Both the position numbers and the translations under genes were made by a program. A stretch of 16,861 bases of DNA from Verrucomicrobiota bacterium (GTDB lineage: Bacteria; Verrucomicrobiota; Verrucomicrobiia; Limisphaerales; SXQI01): contig JANRLX010000116.1 in assembly GCA_033762115.1 (NCBI GenBank), forward strand, positions 1 to 16,861, written 5' to 3'. The notes below the pieces were generated by a model. That model was given only the letters and a program-made list of their open reading frames with translations. It was not told the DNA's origin and ran no database searches. Below, piece by piece: positions 14,922 to 16,861 of the stretch. Each line of letters opens with the position of its first letter. Position 1 is the stretch's first letter.

Positions 14922-14967
14922 CCTTGAAATGGCGGCAATTGCACCATTTTAACTGGGCGAAAGTGAA

Positions 14968-16861
14968 GTGATAGACCAAACAATCATATTGCCTCCCGGC
15001 GGTGGCCCGAACGGGAAGGATACGAACTATCGTTTGACAATGATGGTTCCGAAAAAACGTTTTCTTTCCTATCTGCGGGAGAGATGGTGGGTGGTCCTGA
15101 CCTGCGTGACGCTGGGGATCAGCGCGATTGTGACCTACGAAACAATCCGGCCAGAAACATATAATTCCTACGCACAACTGCTGGTGGGGGATATGCAGTT
15201 GAACATGTCGAATGTGTTCACGGAGGATTCGCTGAACTATTACGGGACCCAGATTGAATTGTTGAAAAGCTCCCGCCTGCAATCGGCGGCGTTCACAAAG
15301 GCCGGAGTGCCAGCGACCGCGCAGGAGAAGGATCTTGTGAAATTGCAGGTGGTGCGCCCGATGGGAACGTCGATCCTGCAGTTGCAGGCGAGTGGAAGGG
15401 ACCCGGTAGTTGTCCGGGCTTTTCTGGAGGCATTGATCGAAGAGTATATCTCGTTCAAGAAGGGATCGATGGCATCAACGACCGAGGATCTGCTGATTTC
15501 ATTGAATGACCAGCTGATCAAAAGGGAAGCGGCGTTGAAGGCGGAGCAGGCAAAGTGGGCATTGTTTCAGAAAACGAACAATGTGGCTGTGCTTGAGGAG
15601 GAGGGAAAAATCGCGGGGAATTACCTGGCGGACCTGAATCTGCAATTGGCGAAGAATCGTCTGGAGCGCGATTTACTGGTGGCAGGGACGGGCCCTGTCA
15701 ACAATGAAACCAATATCGTGGAAGGGGAGATTCAGGAGGTGATGAATACTTCTGACACGATCCTGAAGAGCGCGCGAATCGACCTGGCGCTCCGACGTGC
15801 TGAAAGGGAGCAATTGTTGAAGGAACGGGGTGAGACAGCTGCGCGTCGATTAAACGAGGAGATCAGTCGGTTGGAGCAAACGGTGGCTTTGCTGGAGGGG
15901 CAGCATTTGATGGAGCGGAAGGCCCAAATCCAGGAGCTGGACCAGCGGATTGCGGCAATCCAGAGCATGATCCCGGAATGGGAACGGAAGGTGTCTGAAA
16001 TCAACCTTCGCCTGTCGCAGGGGCAGTTGTTGAAAAACAACCTTCAGAATGAGCAGGCGTATTATGACCGGCTGGTGGGAATGTTCCAGAACGTGGATGT
16101 GGGGCGTGCGGTGCAGCAGGAGCGATTGAATGTGATCCAGACACCGACCCAGGGGCAGCCTCCGAAGCGGGCGTTGCCATTGCGGATTGCGATTGCGGGG
16201 GCCTTGGGATTTTTCTTCAGCCTGGCGCTGGTTTTTGCCTGGCACCTGATGGATGACCGGTTTGTGTCAGTGCATGATTTGCGCGATCAATTTGGGGAAA
16301 CGTTGCTGGGGCTGGTGCCGCAGATCAAAGTGCCGCGGAGCAAGCCGCAGGAGGCGTTGTTGAAGCAGAATGATACGCGCCAGGCGTATGCCGATTCATT
16401 TCGTCATCTGCGTTCAGCGTTAATGTTGTCCTTTAAGCGGGAAAGCCATCCGCAAACATTGCTGATTACCAGTGCGGCACCCGGGGAAGGAAAAACGACG
16501 ATCTCGGTGAACCTGGCGCGTGTGCTGGCTCGAAGCGGTTTGAAGGTGGCGCTGGTGGATATTGATGGGCGCACGGCGGGGATGCAGCGGTTGCTTGGGA
16601 CGGAAGAGCGAATGGGAGTGGCGGAGTTCCTGAGGGGAGAAGCTGACATGGGGGCGATTCTTCAGCCCGGGGAGATCAAGGGATTGTCAGTGATTGGCAC
16701 GGGGGCAATGCTGGAGGAGGAGGGTCTTTTCCTGGGGCCAAAACTGCAGGAGTTCATGGAGGCATTGCGCCGGGAGCATCAGTTCGTGATCCTGGATGGG
16801 GCGCCGGTGCTTGTTTCGGACGAGGTGGCATTGCTTGTGCCGCATGCAGATGCGGTCCTGA
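14968..16861 (+). CDS. wzc: Polysaccharide co-polymerase / BY-type tyrosine kinase (Wzc/GumC-like), 3' end outside the window
   Basis: Translated by hand; it is absent from the ORF track because it has no stop in the window. Frame +1 is open after TAA 14950-14952, with starts at GTG 14968 or ATG 15040/15043. Features: TM1 (ERWWVVLTCVTLGISAIV), TQIELLKS motif, coiled-coil periplasmic region, TM2 (IAIAGALGFFFSLALVFAW), DSFRHLRSAL, Walker A TSAAPGEGKTT, A' LVDIDGR, Walker B VILDGAP. Confidence 0.9.
   Translation, partial: MIDQTIILPPGGGPNGKDTNYRLTMMVPKKRFLSYLRERWWVVLTCVTLGISAIVTYETIRPETYNSYAQLLVGDMQLNMSNVFTEDSLNYYGTQIELLKSSRLQSAAFTKAGVPATAQEKDLVKLQVVRPMGTSILQLQASGRDPVVVRAFLEALIEEYISFKKGSMASTTEDLLISLNDQLIKREAALKAEQAKWALFQKTNNVAVLEEEGKIAGNYLADLNLQLAKNRLERDLLVAGTGPVNNETNIVEGEIQEVMNTSDTILKSARIDLALRRAEREQLLKERGETAARRLNEEISRLEQTVALLEGQHLMERKAQIQELDQRIAAIQSMIPEWERKVSEINLRLSQGQLLKNNLQNEQAYYDRLVGMFQNVDVGRAVQQERLNVIQTPTQGQPPKRALPLRIAIAGALGFFFSLALVFAWHLMDDRFVSVHDLRDQFGETLLGLVPQIKVPRSKPQEALLKQNDTRQAYADSFRHLRSALMLSFKRESHPQTLLITSAAPGEGKTTISVNLARVLARSGLKVALVDIDGRTAGMQRLLGTEERMGVAEFLRGEADMGAILQPGEIKGLSVIGTGAMLEEEGLFLGPKLQEFMEALRREHQFVILDGAPVLVSDEVALLVPHADAVL

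Noticed and set aside
14839..14945. Possible sigma54 -24/-12 promoters (AGGCGCGGGGCTGC, TGGCGGTAGCATGC, TGGCGGCAATTGC)
   Set aside because: GG-to-GC spacing is 9, 9 and 8 nt rather than the required 10.
14752..16649. Minus-strand ORFs covering the right end (14752-15282, 15240-15521, 15732-16040, 15850-16245, 16404-16649)
   Set aside because: They are antisense shadows of the + strand wzc-like gene, which the track omitted because it has no stop codon in the window.
1..16861. Exosortase, glycosyltransferases, mobile elements, tRNA/rRNA, defence genes
   Set aside because: No multi-TM exosortase-like ORF, transposase/integrase, terminal repeats or RNA-gene signatures are seen. The exosortase and biosynthetic genes presumably lie outside the window.

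Overview
All real genes in this window lie on the + strand and form a cell-envelope locus that combines exopolysaccharide (EPS) export with surface proteins. Protein style suggests Verrucomicrobiota (Pedosphaera/Limisphaera-like); this is an inference. Gene order: 3' end of a secreted protein with a '...W...FFRL' C-terminal domain; membrane-anchored TPR protein 1; a delta-60 repeat protein (two 7-repeat blocks around two Ig domains); an outer-membrane beta-barrel; a short OPX/Wza-like lipoprotein; TPR protein 2 (paralog of 1); a PEP-CTERM protein; an HYR-domain protein; a SurA-like protein lacking a PPIase domain; an AraC-family regulator; and a Wzc-like co-polymerase/tyrosine kinase that runs off the right end and is missing from the ORF track. 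Three observations stand out. (i) The PEP-CTERM protein and the unanchored HYR protein next to it share a homologous N-terminal domain, which hints at an anchored-subunit plus accessory-subunit surface structure. (ii) An exact match to the RfaH ops consensus (GGCGGTAGnnTG) lies just upstream of the wzc-like gene. (iii) A 20-bp motif with GTCAY repeats 11 bp apart occurs in two intergenic regions. No exosortase, glycosyltransferase, RNA gene, mobile element or CRISPR array is visible.
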